Origin: a bacterium
GTDB taxonomy: Bacteria > Desulfobacterota > DSWW01
Assembly (NCBI GenBank): GCA_040756235.1
Contig: JBFLZG010000126.1
Coordinates: 128,001 to 192,000, forward strand
DNA: 64,000 bases
Direction of reading: 5' to 3'
The position numbers and the translations under genes are program-made. Below the pieces are notes generated by a model. That model saw only the letters and a program-made list of their open reading frames with translations, did not search any database and had not been told where the DNA came from. Shown here in pieces: positions 1 through 11,361 of this stretch (positions are counted from its first letter, which is position 1; each line of letters starts with the position of its first letter).

Positions 1-447
1 GAGCCGGACCTGACGAGCGTATCCCGGGTGAGCCGGGAAGGGTTCATCGAGCTGCCTCTCATCGGCCGGATTCAGGCCGCGGGGCTCACCACCGAGGAGC
101 TCAAGCGGAGGATCGAGGACGCCCTGCGCGCGGGATATCTGGTGCATCCCGATGTGCAGATCATTCTCCAGCAGTACCGGCAGGAGATGGTCCATCTGTT
201 CGGCCAGGTGGGCACCCCCGGTCCGTTCCGCATCACCCATCGCGACACGCTGATGGAAGTCATCTCCAAGGCGGGCGGCTTCACGCCCATCGCGAACCGC
301 AAGAAGGTCAAGGTCATCCGCAAGGATGAGAACGGGAGCCGCGTGATCATCGTGAACACCGTCCGCATCACGGACGATGGAAGGCTGGAGGAGGACGTTC
401 CGCTCTCGCCGGGGGACGTGATCATCGTCCCGGAGCGCTTCTTCTGA
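1..447 (+). CDS. wza: Polysaccharide export protein (Wza/Poly_export + SLBB), 5'-truncated by window edge
   Basis: Frame open from base 1; 'GFIELPLIGRIQAAGLT', 'VHLFGQVGTPG', 'ISKAGGFTPIAN', 'LSPGDVIIVPERFF'; directly upstream of a Wzc-like gene. Confidence 0.88.
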   Translation, partial: EPDLTSVSRVSREGFIELPLIGRIQAAGLTTEELKRRIEDALRAGYLVHPDVQIILQQYRQEMVHLFGQVGTPGPFRITHRDTLMEVISKAGGFTPIANRKKVKVIRKDENGSRVIIVNTVRITDDGRLEEDVPLSPGDVIIVPERFF

Positions 448-496
448 TCCCTTGCGCCGAACGGCTGGGACGGTCGCTGATCGATCGCCTCTCCGC

Positions 497-2623
497 ATGA
501 GAAAGCCTCACATGTATCGTCCTGAAGACTACCCGCCGGTCCACGCCAAGGAGCATCTGCGCATCCTGGCCAAACACAAGTGGACGGCCATCCTGTTCTT
601 TTCCGCCGTGGTCGGCATGACGGCCCTCTATCTGAAGGTGACCCCGCCCCGCTACGCCGCAGAGGTCAAGATGGTGATCAAGCCCCCTCCGATCTCGCCC
701 CTCACCATGATGAGCGAGGTCCTCTACTCGGAAGGGGTGGACATCGTGGCGAAGCGCACCTTCGTCACCACCCAGTTCGAGGTGCTGAAGTCCAGACGCC
801 TCGCGGAGCGGGTCCTGGAGCGCACCGGGCTGTGGGAGGAGTATCGGGTGGGTCAGCCTCGAAGGAGCCTGTTGGGACCTCCCGGCCTGCGCACCCGGGA
901 GGAGGCCGCCGAGGAATTCGCCGGGTCCATCGCCGTGGCCAGCCCGAACCTCATGAGCAACCACATCGAGCTGAGCTACGAGCACGAGGACCCGCAGGTC
1001 GCCGCCCGAGTCGCCAACGCGATCGTCGCAAGCTACGTCGAGATCCTCTATGAAGACCGTTCCGCGCGGATCCGTGAAAACCTGGAGTGGCTGCAGGCCG
1101 AGTTCAAGAAGCTGGAGCAGGATGTGCTGAATTCCGATCAGGCCCTGCAGGACTTCAAGAAGGATCGCAATCTGATCTCGGTCGACGACCGGGAGAACAT
1201 CCTGCTCCAGAAGCTCAATGCCCTGAACGCGAGCCTCATCCAATCGCGCATCGCCCGCATCGCCGCGGAAAACGCTTATCTGGACGCCAAGCAGCTCGAG
1301 ACCCACCCCAACCGGCTGGAGCGCTCCGCCGTGGTCCTGAGCACCAACCCGCAGATCCCCGCGCTCCAGGGCCAGCTGAACCTGCTGCGCACCGAGTACG
1401 CCCGCATGCAGGAGCGCTACCAGCAGAAGCACCCGAAGATGATCGAGCTCGATTCGACCCTGAAAGAGCTGGAGGGCCGCGTGCGGGCGGAGGTCCTCAA
1501 GGCGATCGAGTCTCTCAAGATCAACTACGAGCTGGCCCGGTCCCAGGAGGAATCGCTCGTCAAGGAGCTGGAGTCGGTCCAGAAGGAAGTCCTCGACCTG
1601 GGCGAGCAGCGCATCAATTACGTGCAGCTGATGAACACGTCGAAGGTGAACCGCACCGTATACGACTCCCTGCTCAACCGCTTGAAAGAGACGGTCGTGC
1701 TGCAGTCGTTCCAGACCCCGAACGACACCGTGCAGATCATCGACAGCGCCGTGCCGCCGCAGAAGCCCTCCGGCTTTCGGGTCTATTTCCTTCCGGTGGC
1801 GGCCGGTGTCGGACTCCTTCTCGGTCTGTTCCTGTGTTACGTCAAGGACTATTTCGATACCACGCTGGAGAGCGATCGCGACATCCACGAGGCCCTCCGT
1901 CTGCCCACGCTGGGCGTCCTGCCGAAGCTGAAGGGGGTGCCGGACCGGAAGCTCGGCAGCTTCGGGAAATCCACCCTCGTCCAGCCGGACGGCGCCTACG
2001 CCGACCATCTCCAGCGGCTCGCCCACGTGCTCACCCACAGGGCCGACAAAGGTCCTTTCAAGACCGTGCTGGTCATGAGTGTCTCTCCCAGGGAAGGAAA
2101 GACCTCGATCGTCTCCAACCTCGGGATCGCGCTGGCCCGGATGCGCCAGCGCGTGCTGCTCGTGGACGGCGACTTCCGCAAGCCCAGGCTGCACGAGATC
2201 TTCGCGACCGGCAACGAGCACGGCTTCCGCGACCTGCTGCAGTCGGAGCGGGATCCCGCGGACCTGATCGAGAGAACGGAGGTGGACAACCTGTTTCTCC
2301 TTCCCTCCGGTCCCGGGCTGGCGGCTGCGGCTGCGCCGGTGCTGGAGCGGGTCCGGGTCTCCGGGCTGCTCGAACAGCTCAAAGACCGTTTTGACCGGAT
2401 CCTGATCGATTCCCCGGCCCTGCTGGAGGTGCGGGACGGAGCGGCCCTGGCCACGGCGGCGGACGCGGTCCTGTGGGTCGTGGCCGCCGGCCGCACCACG
2501 CGCGAGCGGGCTTTCTGGGCCCTGCAATCGCTCACCCTCCTCGACCGGCAGATCCTCGGCGTGGTGCTCAACGGCGTGCGCTTCCTGCGCGGACCCACCG
2601 ACTACTACGCGAACAAGCGCTGA
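497..2623 (+). CDS. wzc: Polysaccharide co-polymerase / BY-kinase fusion (Wzc/GumC)
   Basis: N-terminal TM, long coiled coil, second TM, Walker A 'SVSPREGKT', A' 'LVDGDFR', B 'LIDSP', C-terminal 'DYY'. Start ATG 497 or 512. Confidence 0.9.
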   Translation: MRKPHMYRPEDYPPVHAKEHLRILAKHKWTAILFFSAVVGMTALYLKVTPPRYAAEVKMVIKPPPISPLTMMSEVLYSEGVDIVAKRTFVTTQFEVLKSRRLAERVLERTGLWEEYRVGQPRRSLLGPPGLRTREEAAEEFAGSIAVASPNLMSNHIELSYEHEDPQVAARVANAIVASYVEILYEDRSARIRENLEWLQAEFKKLEQDVLNSDQALQDFKKDRNLISVDDRENILLQKLNALNASLIQSRIARIAAENAYLDAKQLETHPNRLERSAVVLSTNPQIPALQGQLNLLRTEYARMQERYQQKHPKMIELDSTLKELEGRVRAEVLKAIESLKINYELARSQEESLVKELESVQKEVLDLGEQRINYVQLMNTSKVNRTVYDSLLNRLKETVVLQSFQTPNDTVQIIDSAVPPQKPSGFRVYFLPVAAGVGLLLGLFLCYVKDYFDTTLESDRDIHEALRLPTLGVLPKLKGVPDRKLGSFGKSTLVQPDGAYADHLQRLAHVLTHRADKGPFKTVLVMSVSPREGKTSIVSNLGIALARMRQRVLLVDGDFRKPRLHEIFATGNEHGFRDLLQSERDPADLIERTEVDNLFLLPSGPGLAAAAAPVLERVRVSGLLEQLKDRFDRILIDSPALLEVRDGAALATAADAVLWVVAAGRTTRERAFWALQSLTLLDRQILGVVLNGVRFLRGPTDYYANKR

Positions 2624-4311
2624 TGGGCGCGGCGGGAGCGGGTGAAGATCACGCCGCCGTTTCGGCCCTGCCGGCTTCCGGCCGGAAGAAGACGGGCCGC
2701 TACCTGCTGTTCGTCCTGCTCGTGTCCTTCCTCCTGCGGTGGGCCCTGCTCGAGTGCAAGGAAGTCGTGGGAACGGACGAGGTCATCTATCTGGCCCTGG
2801 GCAAGAGCCTGTGGCACGGCCAGGGCTTCCGGCTGCTCGACCATCCGGTGACGCAGTGCCCTCCCCTGCTGCCGCTCGTGACCGGCTTGTTCTCCCGGTT
2901 CACGGAGAACCTGGAAGCCGGGACGAACTTCACGTACGTCTTCTTCGGCGGGCTCCTGGTCCTGCCCTATTTCCATCTCGCCCGCCGGGTGCACGGGGAA
3001 CGGGTGGCGCGTCTGGCGGCGCTCCTGCTGGCCTGCTATCCGGGCCTGCTCCTCTCCTTCTACTGGGGCTCCATGACGGAGCCGCTGTACACCTTTCTGC
3101 TCGTCTGCGCCTTTCTCTTCGCGCACCGGGCGCTCCGGGAGGGCACCGCCCGCGACTTTGCGCTGTGCGGGATCCTGCTGGCGCTGGTCTACCTGACGCG
3201 CTCGGAAGGCGTGCTGTTCTTGCCGGCTTTCTGGCTCCTGGCCGTCGTCAGCCTCGGCGTGCAGGGAAGGCTCCTCCAGTGGAAGTCGATGCGCAACCTC
3301 GCGCTCATGGCCGTCTGCTTCGCGCTCGTCAGCGCCCCTTACCCGCTCTTTCTCAAGAAACATTCGGGCGGGCTCAGCGTCAGCGGCAAGACCAAGCTCA
3401 TCCTGCTGGCAGGAGCGATGAATCCGGTCGAGCGCGAGCGGCTTCTCGGGAAGCTCACCGAGGACGGCGGGGAGCTGTTCGATTATCAGGAGCTGGTCCG
3501 GGGCAAGACCGTGCTCGGCATGATCCTGGAGAACCCGAAGGTGCTGCTCGGAGGCTCTGCGCTCCAGGCGGTGCGCTTTGTTTCGACCCTGCTCTCCTGG
3601 AAGGTGTTTCCCGCGTTTCTCTTGGGGTTCGTCGTGCTCGGCCTGTTCCGCGATCCCTGGGACCGGGCGCGTTTGAAAAATGAAGGATTCCTCCTGTTCG
3701 CGTGTCTTCCTTTCCTGGTCTTTCTCACGTTCCACGTCTGGCCCCGCTATCTTCTGCCCATGACCCCGGTCCTGCTGCTGGGCGCCGCGCGCGGGGTTTG
3801 CGCCCTCGAGGACTGGCTGCGGGAGACCGCCGAGCGGATCGGCGGAGCGCTCGAGCGGAGCAGGCGGCGCATCCTGTGGATCCCCCGGCTTGCCGTTTTT
3901 CTGCCCCTTGCGGTCATCCTGGCGGCCAAGCCGATCAAGGCCAAGATGCTCGTTCAGTACCCGATCGAATACAAGAGCGCGGGCCGTTGGATGGACGCCC
4001 ATCTGCCCGAGGACGCCCGCATCCTGGCCCGCAAGCCGGAGATTGCGTACTACGCGCGCCGCATCATGCACCCCCTGCCCAACGAGGACCTGGCGCGCGT
4101 CCTGCAGTACGCCAGGGCGCAGAGCGTCGAGTATCTGGTCGTGGACGAATTCTTCATCGCCACCCGGCCTCAGCTCGAACCCCTCCTGCACGCCGGCGAT
4201 CTTCCCCAGGATCTTCGCCTCCTCCACGAGGAGAGCGCGCCTTCGGGGCGAAGCATCCGCGTCTTCCAGATCCTCGGGGCGACCGGACCGCCGGATACCG
4301 ACGGAGGGTGA
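2623..4311 (+). CDS. GT-C fold membrane glycosyltransferase (ArnT/PMT_2-like)
   Basis: ATG overlaps the wzc stop (TGATG); 'GTDEVIY' acidic motif after TM1; 'PPLLP', 'MTEPLY', 'YLTRSEG', 'PRYLLP'; many TM segments. Confidence 0.8.
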   Translation: MGAAGAGEDHAAVSALPASGRKKTGRYLLFVLLVSFLLRWALLECKEVVGTDEVIYLALGKSLWHGQGFRLLDHPVTQCPPLLPLVTGLFSRFTENLEAGTNFTYVFFGGLLVLPYFHLARRVHGERVARLAALLLACYPGLLLSFYWGSMTEPLYTFLLVCAFLFAHRALREGTARDFALCGILLALVYLTRSEGVLFLPAFWLLAVVSLGVQGRLLQWKSMRNLALMAVCFALVSAPYPLFLKKHSGGLSVSGKTKLILLAGAMNPVERERLLGKLTEDGGELFDYQELVRGKTVLGMILENPKVLLGGSALQAVRFVSTLLSWKVFPAFLLGFVVLGLFRDPWDRARLKNEGFLLFACLPFLVFLTFHVWPRYLLPMTPVLLLGAARGVCALEDWLRETAERIGGALERSRRRILWIPRLAVFLPLAVILAAKPIKAKMLVQYPIEYKSAGRWMDAHLPEDARILARKPEIAYYARRIMHPLPNEDLARVLQYARAQSVEYLVVDEFFIATRPQLEPLLHAGDLPQDLRLLHEESAPSGRSIRVFQILGATGPPDTDGG

Positions 4312-6017
4312 ACGTGGCCCGCTTCAAGCCTCGCGCACGGAATCTCCCGGGGTGGCTCCTGCTGGTTGCGGCGCTCGCCCCCGGCGTCTACTTCCGCATC
4401 ACCGATCTCTCCGGCCAGGGACCGCGCCTCTGGGACGAAGGCATCTACCTGCAGGAGGCCCGGTTCCTGTACACCCTGACGCAAGCCGTCTGGGACAGCG
4501 CCGTGCTCAAGGGACGGGAGGCGGTCACCCGGGAGGACCTGTGGAAGAAGGACGAACAGATCGCCGCTCTCGGCCGCCGCATCCGGGGGGCCCCGCCGAT
4601 CTTCGGCCGAGTCACGCATGACGCCACCCTCGCCCTGGGGATGCTCGTCTGGGGGCCGCAAGACGCGGCCGTGGGTGCGCGCGTGAACGCGCTCACCGGC
4701 ATCCTCTCGCTGTTCTTGCTCTACGGTCTGGCAAGGCGCCTGTACGGCTCGCGGGCGGCCTTCTTCGCCACTCTCGTGTTCTCGCTCATGGGCTACCACA
4801 TCCATTACTGCCGCAGCACGATGGCCGAGACCACGACCGTGGCGTTCCTGATTGCGGCCTTCCACTTCTACGCCGCCAGCCGGACCCTGCGCGAACACCG
4901 TTCCTCGAGGTCGCTGGCCCTGGCCGCGCTGCTGCTGGGGCTCGCCTTCACCACGCACAACCGCATGATCGTCGCGTGGGGTCTGTTCGTCCTGCTCGAG
5001 GCGCGCTTCTGGATTTGCGGACCTGCGCCCGTGCGCCTGCGCCGTTTCGCGGCCTTTCACGTCTTCTTCCTTCTGCCCCTGGTCGCCTGGGAGCTGCCTT
5101 ACTACCTGGCGTTCCTGGCGACCAAGCACATGAACATCGTCGTATCCGCCCCGACCTACTTCGAGCAGGTCGTGGTGGCTCTCGGCAGGTCCGCCCTTTG
5201 GGGCTATATTTCCAAGGCCTACCGACTCGACGGCTTTCTGACCTTCCCCTACCTCATGGCCGTGAGCTGCGGGGTCCTCCCTCTGGCCCTCGCGGCCGCA
5301 GGGCTCGTGGCGGGCCTGCGGCGCAGGTCTCCTGCCGACCTCCTGGTCGCCTCCTGGTTCCTGCTGCCTTACTGCCTCTACAGCTTCACCACCGCCGGGC
5401 TCGCGCGCGTCTTTACCGTCCTCCTTCCTGCCGCCGCGCTGCTGGCCGGCTCCCTGTGGGCCGACGGCTCGAAGGAGCCCTGGTTTCCCCGCATCAGGGC
5501 CGGCGCCGGGCCGTTCTGGGTGCAGACCGCCGCCGTCGTCCTGCTGCTGGGAAACGGTCTCTACTTCGGCTGGCGGTCTGCGCGCTCCGAAGACGGGTAC
5601 GCGGAAGTGGCCGAGCGGCTCCGGGCCCGCGGGGAAGAGGGGATCGTCACCACCAACGTTCCGGTCCTGGAGGTCTACTGCGGACAGGAACGGGTCGCGA
5701 ATGTGCCGCCCGCCTCGCGCCAGGAGTTGGAGGCGCTGTTCGAGAACGGCCATCGGTATTATGTGATCGACTGCAACCGGCAGCTGTACGCCTGGTTTCA
5801 GAAGGAGCGCGTCGAGGTGATGGATGCGGTCGCGGCGGCGGCCGCGCCGGTGACGATCGTCCCCAACCCGTTCGTGCGCGACCCGCTGACCCTGTTCGAG
5901 GCCAACCTGTTCTTCTGGGACACCCTGCGCCTGCAGGGCGAAGTCGAGCGGCTTGCACTCGACCGTATCGAGGTCTATGATTTCGGCCAGCTTTTTCAGC
6001 CGCACCCCGGACCCTGA
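4308..6017 (+). CDS. GT-C fold membrane glycosyltransferase (ArnT/PMT_2-like)
   Basis: GTGA overlap with previous stop; 'LWDEGIY' motif after TM1; 'YCRSTMAET'; multi-TM body with soluble C-terminal domain. Confidence 0.78.
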   Translation: MNVARFKPRARNLPGWLLLVAALAPGVYFRITDLSGQGPRLWDEGIYLQEARFLYTLTQAVWDSAVLKGREAVTREDLWKKDEQIAALGRRIRGAPPIFGRVTHDATLALGMLVWGPQDAAVGARVNALTGILSLFLLYGLARRLYGSRAAFFATLVFSLMGYHIHYCRSTMAETTTVAFLIAAFHFYAASRTLREHRSSRSLALAALLLGLAFTTHNRMIVAWGLFVLLEARFWICGPAPVRLRRFAAFHVFFLLPLVAWELPYYLAFLATKHMNIVVSAPTYFEQVVVALGRSALWGYISKAYRLDGFLTFPYLMAVSCGVLPLALAAAGLVAGLRRRSPADLLVASWFLLPYCLYSFTTAGLARVFTVLLPAAALLAGSLWADGSKEPWFPRIRAGAGPFWVQTAAVVLLLGNGLYFGWRSARSEDGYAEVAERLRARGEEGIVTTNVPVLEVYCGQERVANVPPASRQELEALFENGHRYYVIDCNRQLYAWFQKERVEVMDAVAAAAAPVTIVPNPFVRDPLTLFEANLFFWDTLRLQGEVERLALDRIEVYDFGQLFQPHPGP

Positions 6018-6086
6018 GCCGCCTGGCCCGCACGGGGCCGAATCCCGGGCACAGAATCCTCCAACAGGGAACGAACAGGATCGTCC

Positions 6087-6863
6087 ATGTACGGTGCTCA
6101 CACGGTGACGGTCGTCATCCCGGCGTACAACGAGGAGGCGACGATCGCTGCGGTCATTCGGGACTTCAGAAGCCAGCAGCCGCTGCTGGACGAGATTCTC
6201 ATCGTCGACAACAACTCCGGGGATCGAACCGCGGAGATCGCCCGCCTGGAGGGAGCGCGCGTGATCCGGGAGGAGAAGCAGGGTTACGGGAACGCCCTGC
6301 GCTCCGGCATGGATCACGCTGCCGGAGACATTCTCATCCTGTGTGAGGCCGACGGCAGTTTTCGGGCTTCGGACCTGAACAAGTTCCTCGCCTACATCCA
6401 CGACGCCGGCATGGTCGTCGGCACGCGCACGACCAAGCAGATGATCGATCAGGGGGCGCGGATGACCTTCCTCATCCGCATGGCGAACATCGCCGTGGCC
6501 AAGTTTCTCGAGCTCCTGTGGTTCTTCACCAACGAGACGAGGTTCACCGACATCGGCTGCACCTATCGGGGCTTGTGGAGGGACGTTTACGGCCGCATAC
6601 GCTCGGGGCTGCACGCCAACGGCCCCGATTTCTCCCCCGAGATGATGGCCGAGGCGTTGCGCTGCCGGATCAAGGTCGTCGAGATCCCGGTGAAATACTT
6701 CCAGAGGGAGGGAGGCGAGTCCAAGCATTCTCTGAGCTATTACCACCTGGCCAGGACCGCGTTGAAGATGATTCGAGTCATCATCCGCAAGCGCCTGGAG
6801 CCGAACCGCTGCGACCAGCTGCCGCAGCGCGGATGCGATGGACAGGGGCACGTGCATGGATAG
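6087..6863 (+). CDS. GT2, polyprenyl-phosphate sugar synthase (DPM1-like)
   Basis: 'VVIPAYNEE', 'VDNNSGDRT', 'GYGNAL', 'EADG' (DxD variant), 'REGGESK'. Confidence 0.85.
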   Translation: MYGAHTVTVVIPAYNEEATIAAVIRDFRSQQPLLDEILIVDNNSGDRTAEIARLEGARVIREEKQGYGNALRSGMDHAAGDILILCEADGSFRASDLNKFLAYIHDAGMVVGTRTTKQMIDQGARMTFLIRMANIAVAKFLELLWFFTNETRFTDIGCTYRGLWRDVYGRIRSGLHANGPDFSPEMMAEALRCRIKVVEIPVKYFQREGGESKHSLSYYHLARTALKMIRVIIRKRLEPNRCDQLPQRGCDGQGHVHG

Positions 6864-7806
6864 CGGAAGCTGCGTCGGGGTCATTCTTGCCGCCGGGCGG
6901 GGGACGCGCATGGCCCCTTTCAGCCAGCGCTTTCCCAAGCCGCTGCTGCCGATCTGCAACCGACCCATTCTGGAGTATCAGATCGCCTACATGAAGAGCG
7001 CCGGGATCCAGGACATCATCCTCGTCATCGGCCACCTCGGGTACGCGATCGCCCGCCATTTCGGAGACGGGGACAACTTCGGGGTGCGCATCCGCTACGT
7101 GGAGCAGGAAGAGACGCTGGGGATCGCGCACGCCGTGGGGCGGCTGGAACCGTACATCCGGATGCCGTTCCTGCTCTTCCTGGGGGACATCTTCTTCATC
7201 ACCGAGGACCTATCGGTCATGATCGATCTGATGTCCAGGGAGCGCGCGAGCGCCGTGCTGGCCGTCAAGAAAGAAGAGAATCCCGAGGCGATCAAGCGCA
7301 ACTTCGCCGTTCTCCTGAACGAGCAGGGGCGGGTGAAGCGCGTCATCGAGAAGCCCCGCTACGTCACCAACTCGATCAAGGGCTGCGGCCTGTACCTGTT
7401 CGACCTGCACATCTTCGACGCCATCCGCCGCACCCCTCGGACCGCCATGCGGGACGAATACGAGATCACCGACTCCATCCAGATCCTGGTGGACGACGGG
7501 TTTCCCGTGCTCGCGTCCGAGATCGTGCACCAGGACATGAACGTCTCCTATCCGCAGGATCTGCTCCTGTGCAGCCTGGAAGAGCTGAAGCACCTCGGCG
7601 TCGCTTGCCTGCAGGGCCGGGACTGCCGGCTTCATCCGGGTGTGCGCCTGGAGCGCTCGGTCCTGGGCGACCGCGTCACCGTGACACGCCCCATCTCGAT
7701 CACCGACACCATCGTCTTCTCGGACACGGTGGTCGATTCCAGAGAGAACCTGGACAAGTGCATCGTCACGCCGGAGACGATGATCGATTGCAGATGCTTC
7801 TTCTGA
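6856..7806 (+). CDS. Sugar-1-phosphate nucleotidyltransferase (long RmlA-like form with C-terminal LbH)
   Basis: 'ILAAGRGTRM', 'PKPLLP', 'YVEQEETLGIAHAV', 'LGDIF', 'EKP', 'EYEITD'. Confidence 0.88.
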   Translation: MDSGSCVGVILAAGRGTRMAPFSQRFPKPLLPICNRPILEYQIAYMKSAGIQDIILVIGHLGYAIARHFGDGDNFGVRIRYVEQEETLGIAHAVGRLEPYIRMPFLLFLGDIFFITEDLSVMIDLMSRERASAVLAVKKEENPEAIKRNFAVLLNEQGRVKRVIEKPRYVTNSIKGCGLYLFDLHIFDAIRRTPRTAMRDEYEITDSIQILVDDGFPVLASEIVHQDMNVSYPQDLLLCSLEELKHLGVACLQGRDCRLHPGVRLERSVLGDRVTVTRPISITDTIVFSDTVVDSRENLDKCIVTPETMIDCRCFF

Positions 7807-7825
7807 TCGGGAAGGAGAACGACCT

Positions 7826-8752
7826 GTGAACGCGGGCGGCGTACTGGTGACCGGAGGAGCCGGCTTCATCGGCTCTCATCTGGCAGAGGCTCTCGTGGAG
7901 CGCGGCTACCGCGTGAACGTGCTCGACAACCTCTCCATGGGCAAACGCGAGAACGTCCCGCCGCAAGCCCGGTTCTTCCACGGGGACATCCTGGATCGGC
8001 CCTTGGTCGAGCAGGCGCTGGAGGGCACGGAGGCGGTTTTTCATCTGGCAGCGCGGGTGGCGATCCGGGACTCGAACAACCACTTCTTCGAGGACGCCCA
8101 GACCAACCTGATGGGCACCCTGCACCTGCTGAACCGCTGCGGGGTCCGGGGCATCCGCAAGTTCATTCTGGCCTCTTCCATGGCCGTTTATGCGGACCGC
8201 GACGGTCCGACGCCGATCCCCGAGACCTTCACCACCGAGCCGCTCTCGCCCTACGGGATCGCCAAGCTCGCGGCCGAGAAGTATACCCTTCTCCTGTCGA
8301 AGCTGTTCGGCATGGAGGGGATCTGCCTGAGGTATTTCAACGTGTACGGGCCGCGCCAGACGTTCACCCCCTACGTCGGCGTGATCACCATCTTCATCCG
8401 GAGCCTGCAGAAGGGGGTTGCCCCGGTCATCTTCGGGGACGGGAAACAGCGTCGCGACTTCATCCACGTGGAGGACGTGACGCGGGCCAACCTCCTGGCC
8501 CTGGAATCCGACCTGGCCGGGGAAATCCTGAACGTGGGTACGGGTCGAGGAACGTCCGTGCTGGAGATCGCGCAGATGCTCACCGGCAAGCTGGGGCCGC
8601 ACTTGGAGCCGGTCTACCAGATCCGCCACCCCGGTGAGCTCCGGAATTCGATTGCCGACGTCTCGAAAATCAGGAACCTCCTGGGATTCCAGGCCAGGAA
8701 AGAGCTCCGGGAGAAGATCGACGAGATCATTGAATGGAACCGGGCGCAATAG
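7826..8752 (+). CDS. NAD-dependent nucleotide-sugar epimerase/dehydratase
   Basis: 'TGGAGFIGS', 'SPYGIAK', '[11 protein letters not shown]', 'RDFIHVED'; GAAGGAG RBS before GTG. Confidence 0.9.
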   Translation: MNAGGVLVTGGAGFIGSHLAEALVERGYRVNVLDNLSMGKRENVPPQARFFHGDILDRPLVEQALEGTEAVFHLAARVAIRDSNNHFFEDAQTNLMGTLHLLNRCGVRGIRKFILASSMAVYADRDGPTPIPETFTTEPLSPYGIAKLAAEKYTLLLSKLFGMEGICLRYFNVYGPRQTFTPYVGVITIFIRSLQKGVAPVIFGDGKQRRDFIHVEDVTRANLLALESDLAGEILNVGTGRGTSVLEIAQMLTGKLGPHLEPVYQIRHPGELRNSIADVSKIRNLLGFQARKELREKIDEIIEWNRAQ

Positions 8753-11361
8753 AGACTCACAGTGGACCCCGGCCTGCGCCGGGGCAGGCTCTCCACGCCT
8801 GCGTTCCCCATGAGCGCAACACCGCAGATGGGCGTTCATCGACAGCCTCACGTGGAGGCTACAACCGAGCGGACGGTTCCTCGCACTCCGCGGACGGCGC
8901 ATGGCCCTTCTGGGCATGGCTGCTCGTGCTGGCGTCGTTCGGCATCCTCTGGCAGAGCGGAAAGATCCGGCTGTCCCCTGCCGTGTACGGCGGCATTTCC
9001 CTGGCGCTGGTGCTGCTGGCCCTCTGCGGTGAATGGCGCAGCGGCTGGCTGTCCAGGCGCCTCCAACGAGTCTTCTCCGGCCCGCGGCGGACCTTTCTCT
9101 TCCTGCTGGTCCTCGGAGCGTGGCTCGTCAAGTTCTACTGGATTCCGGGCTATCGCCTCTACACCCTGGGAGACGGGCCTCCTCACTTTCTCAATCTCTG
9201 GATGTTCCATCAGGCGCTGCGCGCCGGCGAGATCCCCTTCTGGACGAATTACTGGTCCTGCGGGTCTCCTTTCCTGCAGTTCTATCCGCCCCTGTTTTCC
9301 GCCCTTGCAAGCGCCCTGCTGTTCCTGCGTGAAGAGCCCTTCTGGTGCGTGAGGGTCCTGCTGTCCGCGCTGCACCTGCTGTCCGGCTTCACGATGTATC
9401 GGCTGGTGCGGGCCTTGGGCGGCCGTCGGGAAGGGGCGCTCCTGGGTGCCGTCCTGTACATGCTGGCACCGTGGCACGTGTTCGAGCTTTTCCACTCCAA
9501 TCGTTTCCCCGTCGCAGGGGTCTACACGCTGCTCCCTTTGCTGTTCTTGTCTGCGGAGCGGGTCGGACGCAGCCGGACGGGCGCCGCTCTCCTGGGCATC
9601 TTCAGCCTGGCCGCGATCACGCTCCTGCACCAGGGCTTCGCGATCTTCTGCGCGGGTCTGTTCTGCCTCTACACGGGCCTGCGGGCCGTTGCAGCGGGCC
9701 GCGGGGAAGGCCCGTCGCGGGCCGCCCGTCTGCTCCACGCCGGATGGGTCCTCGCGCTCGGGATCGGCATGGCCTCTTTTCTGGTCCTCCCCCACCTTCT
9801 GGAATCCGGCTCGGTCCCTTTTCTGCCCTCGGTCGGAAAACCGGAAGGGGTGCGAGGATTCATCATGGATTCGCCGTACGTGGCGAGCCTGCTCCTCTGG
9901 TCGCGGAAACCGCTGGGACATTCCGGCTACCTCGGCATCAGCCTCCTGGGCCTGGGCCTGATCGGGGCTGCAGGGTGGGTGTCCAGGCGCGGCAGGGCCT
10001 GGCCGAGTCTCCTGGCCTGCCTGAGTTTCTCCTTCTATCTGGTCCTCGGACACACGAACGGGCTCTACGGCCGGATCCCGTTCGTGTACTCGCAATTCTA
10101 CGCGGGACGATATCTCATCTTCCTGGTCTTCTTCCTGTGCGTCTGCGGCGGCCTCTCCTTCGGGGCCATCGAAGAGCGGTTCCGACGATGGGCACGCCGC
10201 CCGCGCGCGGGGGGCGGCTGCGGACCGATGGCGGCTTCCGGTGCGACGCGGCAGCGCCTGTTTCTCCTCCTGGTCGGGCTCGTGCTCCTGGATCTGGGGC
10301 CGATCGCGCACTTCGTGCAGGACAGCCCCCGGTACGCCTCACCCGACCAGGCGGCGGTGTATGAGGCGATCCGCGCGCTGCGCCGCGAGGACGGCAGACC
10401 GATGGCCAGGGCCCTGGACATCCCGCGGGATTTCGGGGCGCGCAATCACGGCTCCCTCATTTTGCCGTTCGAAGCGGATGCGCCGACGCCCGAGGCGGGC
10501 CAGTTCGGCACCCTGCCCTGCTACGGTTACATCTACAAGATCCTGAAGACCGCGCGGGAAGTGATGGCCGCGGAGGGCAGGCTGCCGGATGTGCTCCTCC
10601 AGGCTCTGTACGTCCTGAACGTACGCTACGTGTTCACCGACGCCCTCCCCGCCGAGGCGGCGAGATCCCTGGGAGGCGTACGGTTCGGGGGCCCCCTGTG
10701 GCTGTTGACCCTGCCCGAATCGCAGCCCGTGCTCGCCAGCCACCGGCTCGAGCCCGCCCCGGAATCGTGGCGCCTGCCCGACACCGCGCTCGACCTGGTC
10801 CTGGACCGCTGGGAGCAGCCCGACGGGATCGAGCAGATGCTCAGGGCCATGGAGATCGACAGGTCCCGGCTCAGCGCCGCCAGGCTGTTCGTCCGATCGG
10901 GCGGCGTTACGCCGGCGGGCTACGCGCAGCCGCCGGATTCGATCCGGGTCGAAGAGGAGCAGCTGGGCTACACCTGGACGCGCCTGAAAGTCACCGCCTC
11001 CTCGGACTGCTACCTGCAGCTCAGCCAGAGCTCCTTCCCGCACCAGCGCATCCTGCTGGACGGAGCGGAAGTCGCCGCATCGTTTCGATCGGCCATGGAT
11101 TTCATCGTGATCCCGTTCCCCCGGGGGACCCACACGATCGAAGTGCGCGCGCTCCTGTCGCCACTCAGAAAACGGACGCTGGGGATCTCGTTTGCGTTGT
11201 GTGCGGTCCTGCTGGGGCTGGCTCTGGGCAGGGGACTGGGCGCGGCGCGGCGGCGCGCGGACCCGAGCCGACGCGGACGGGAAGCAGAAGCGCGGCACGG
11301 GACGCCGATCCCTGCTGCAACCACGCGCCCTGACGGCAAGGGGCAACAACCGGAACGGTGA
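8734..11361 (+). CDS. Large GT-C-like membrane protein (PTPS_related/YfhO-like)
   Basis: 'GDGPPH', '[20 protein letters not shown]', more than 10 TM segments, 'GYLGI', 'GRY', YfhO-like C-terminal beta domain plus final TM; start uncertain. Confidence 0.72.
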   Translation: MEPGAIETHSGPRPAPGQALHACVPHERNTADGRSSTASRGGYNRADGSSHSADGAWPFWAWLLVLASFGILWQSGKIRLSPAVYGGISLALVLLALCGEWRSGWLSRRLQRVFSGPRRTFLFLLVLGAWLVKFYWIPGYRLYTLGDGPPHFLNLWMFHQALRAGEIPFWTNYWSCGSPFLQFYPPLFSALASALLFLREEPFWCVRVLLSALHLLSGFTMYRLVRALGGRREGALLGAVLYMLAPWHVFELFHSNRFPVAGVYTLLPLLFLSAERVGRSRTGAALLGIFSLAAITLLHQGFAIFCAGLFCLYTGLRAVAAGRGEGPSRAARLLHAGWVLALGIGMASFLVLPHLLESGSVPFLPSVGKPEGVRGFIMDSPYVASLLLWSRKPLGHSGYLGISLLGLGLIGAAGWVSRRGRAWPSLLACLSFSFYLVLGHTNGLYGRIPFVYSQFYAGRYLIFLVFFLCVCGGLSFGAIEERFRRWARRPRAGGGCGPMAASGATRQRLFLLLVGLVLLDLGPIAHFVQDSPRYASPDQAAVYEAIRALRREDGRPMARALDIPRDFGARNHGSLILPFEADAPTPEAGQFGTLPCYGYIYKILKTAREVMAAEGRLPDVLLQALYVLNVRYVFTDALPAEAARSLGGVRFGGPLWLLTLPESQPVLASHRLEPAPESWRLPDTALDLVLDRWEQPDGIEQMLRAMEIDRSRLSAARLFVRSGGVTPAGYAQPPDSIRVEEEQLGYTWTRLKVTASSDCYLQLSQSSFPHQRILLDGAEVAASFRSAMDFIVIPFPRGTHTIEVRALLSPLRKRTLGISFALCAVLLGLALGRGLGAARRRADPSRRGREAEARHGTPIPAATTRPDGKGQQPER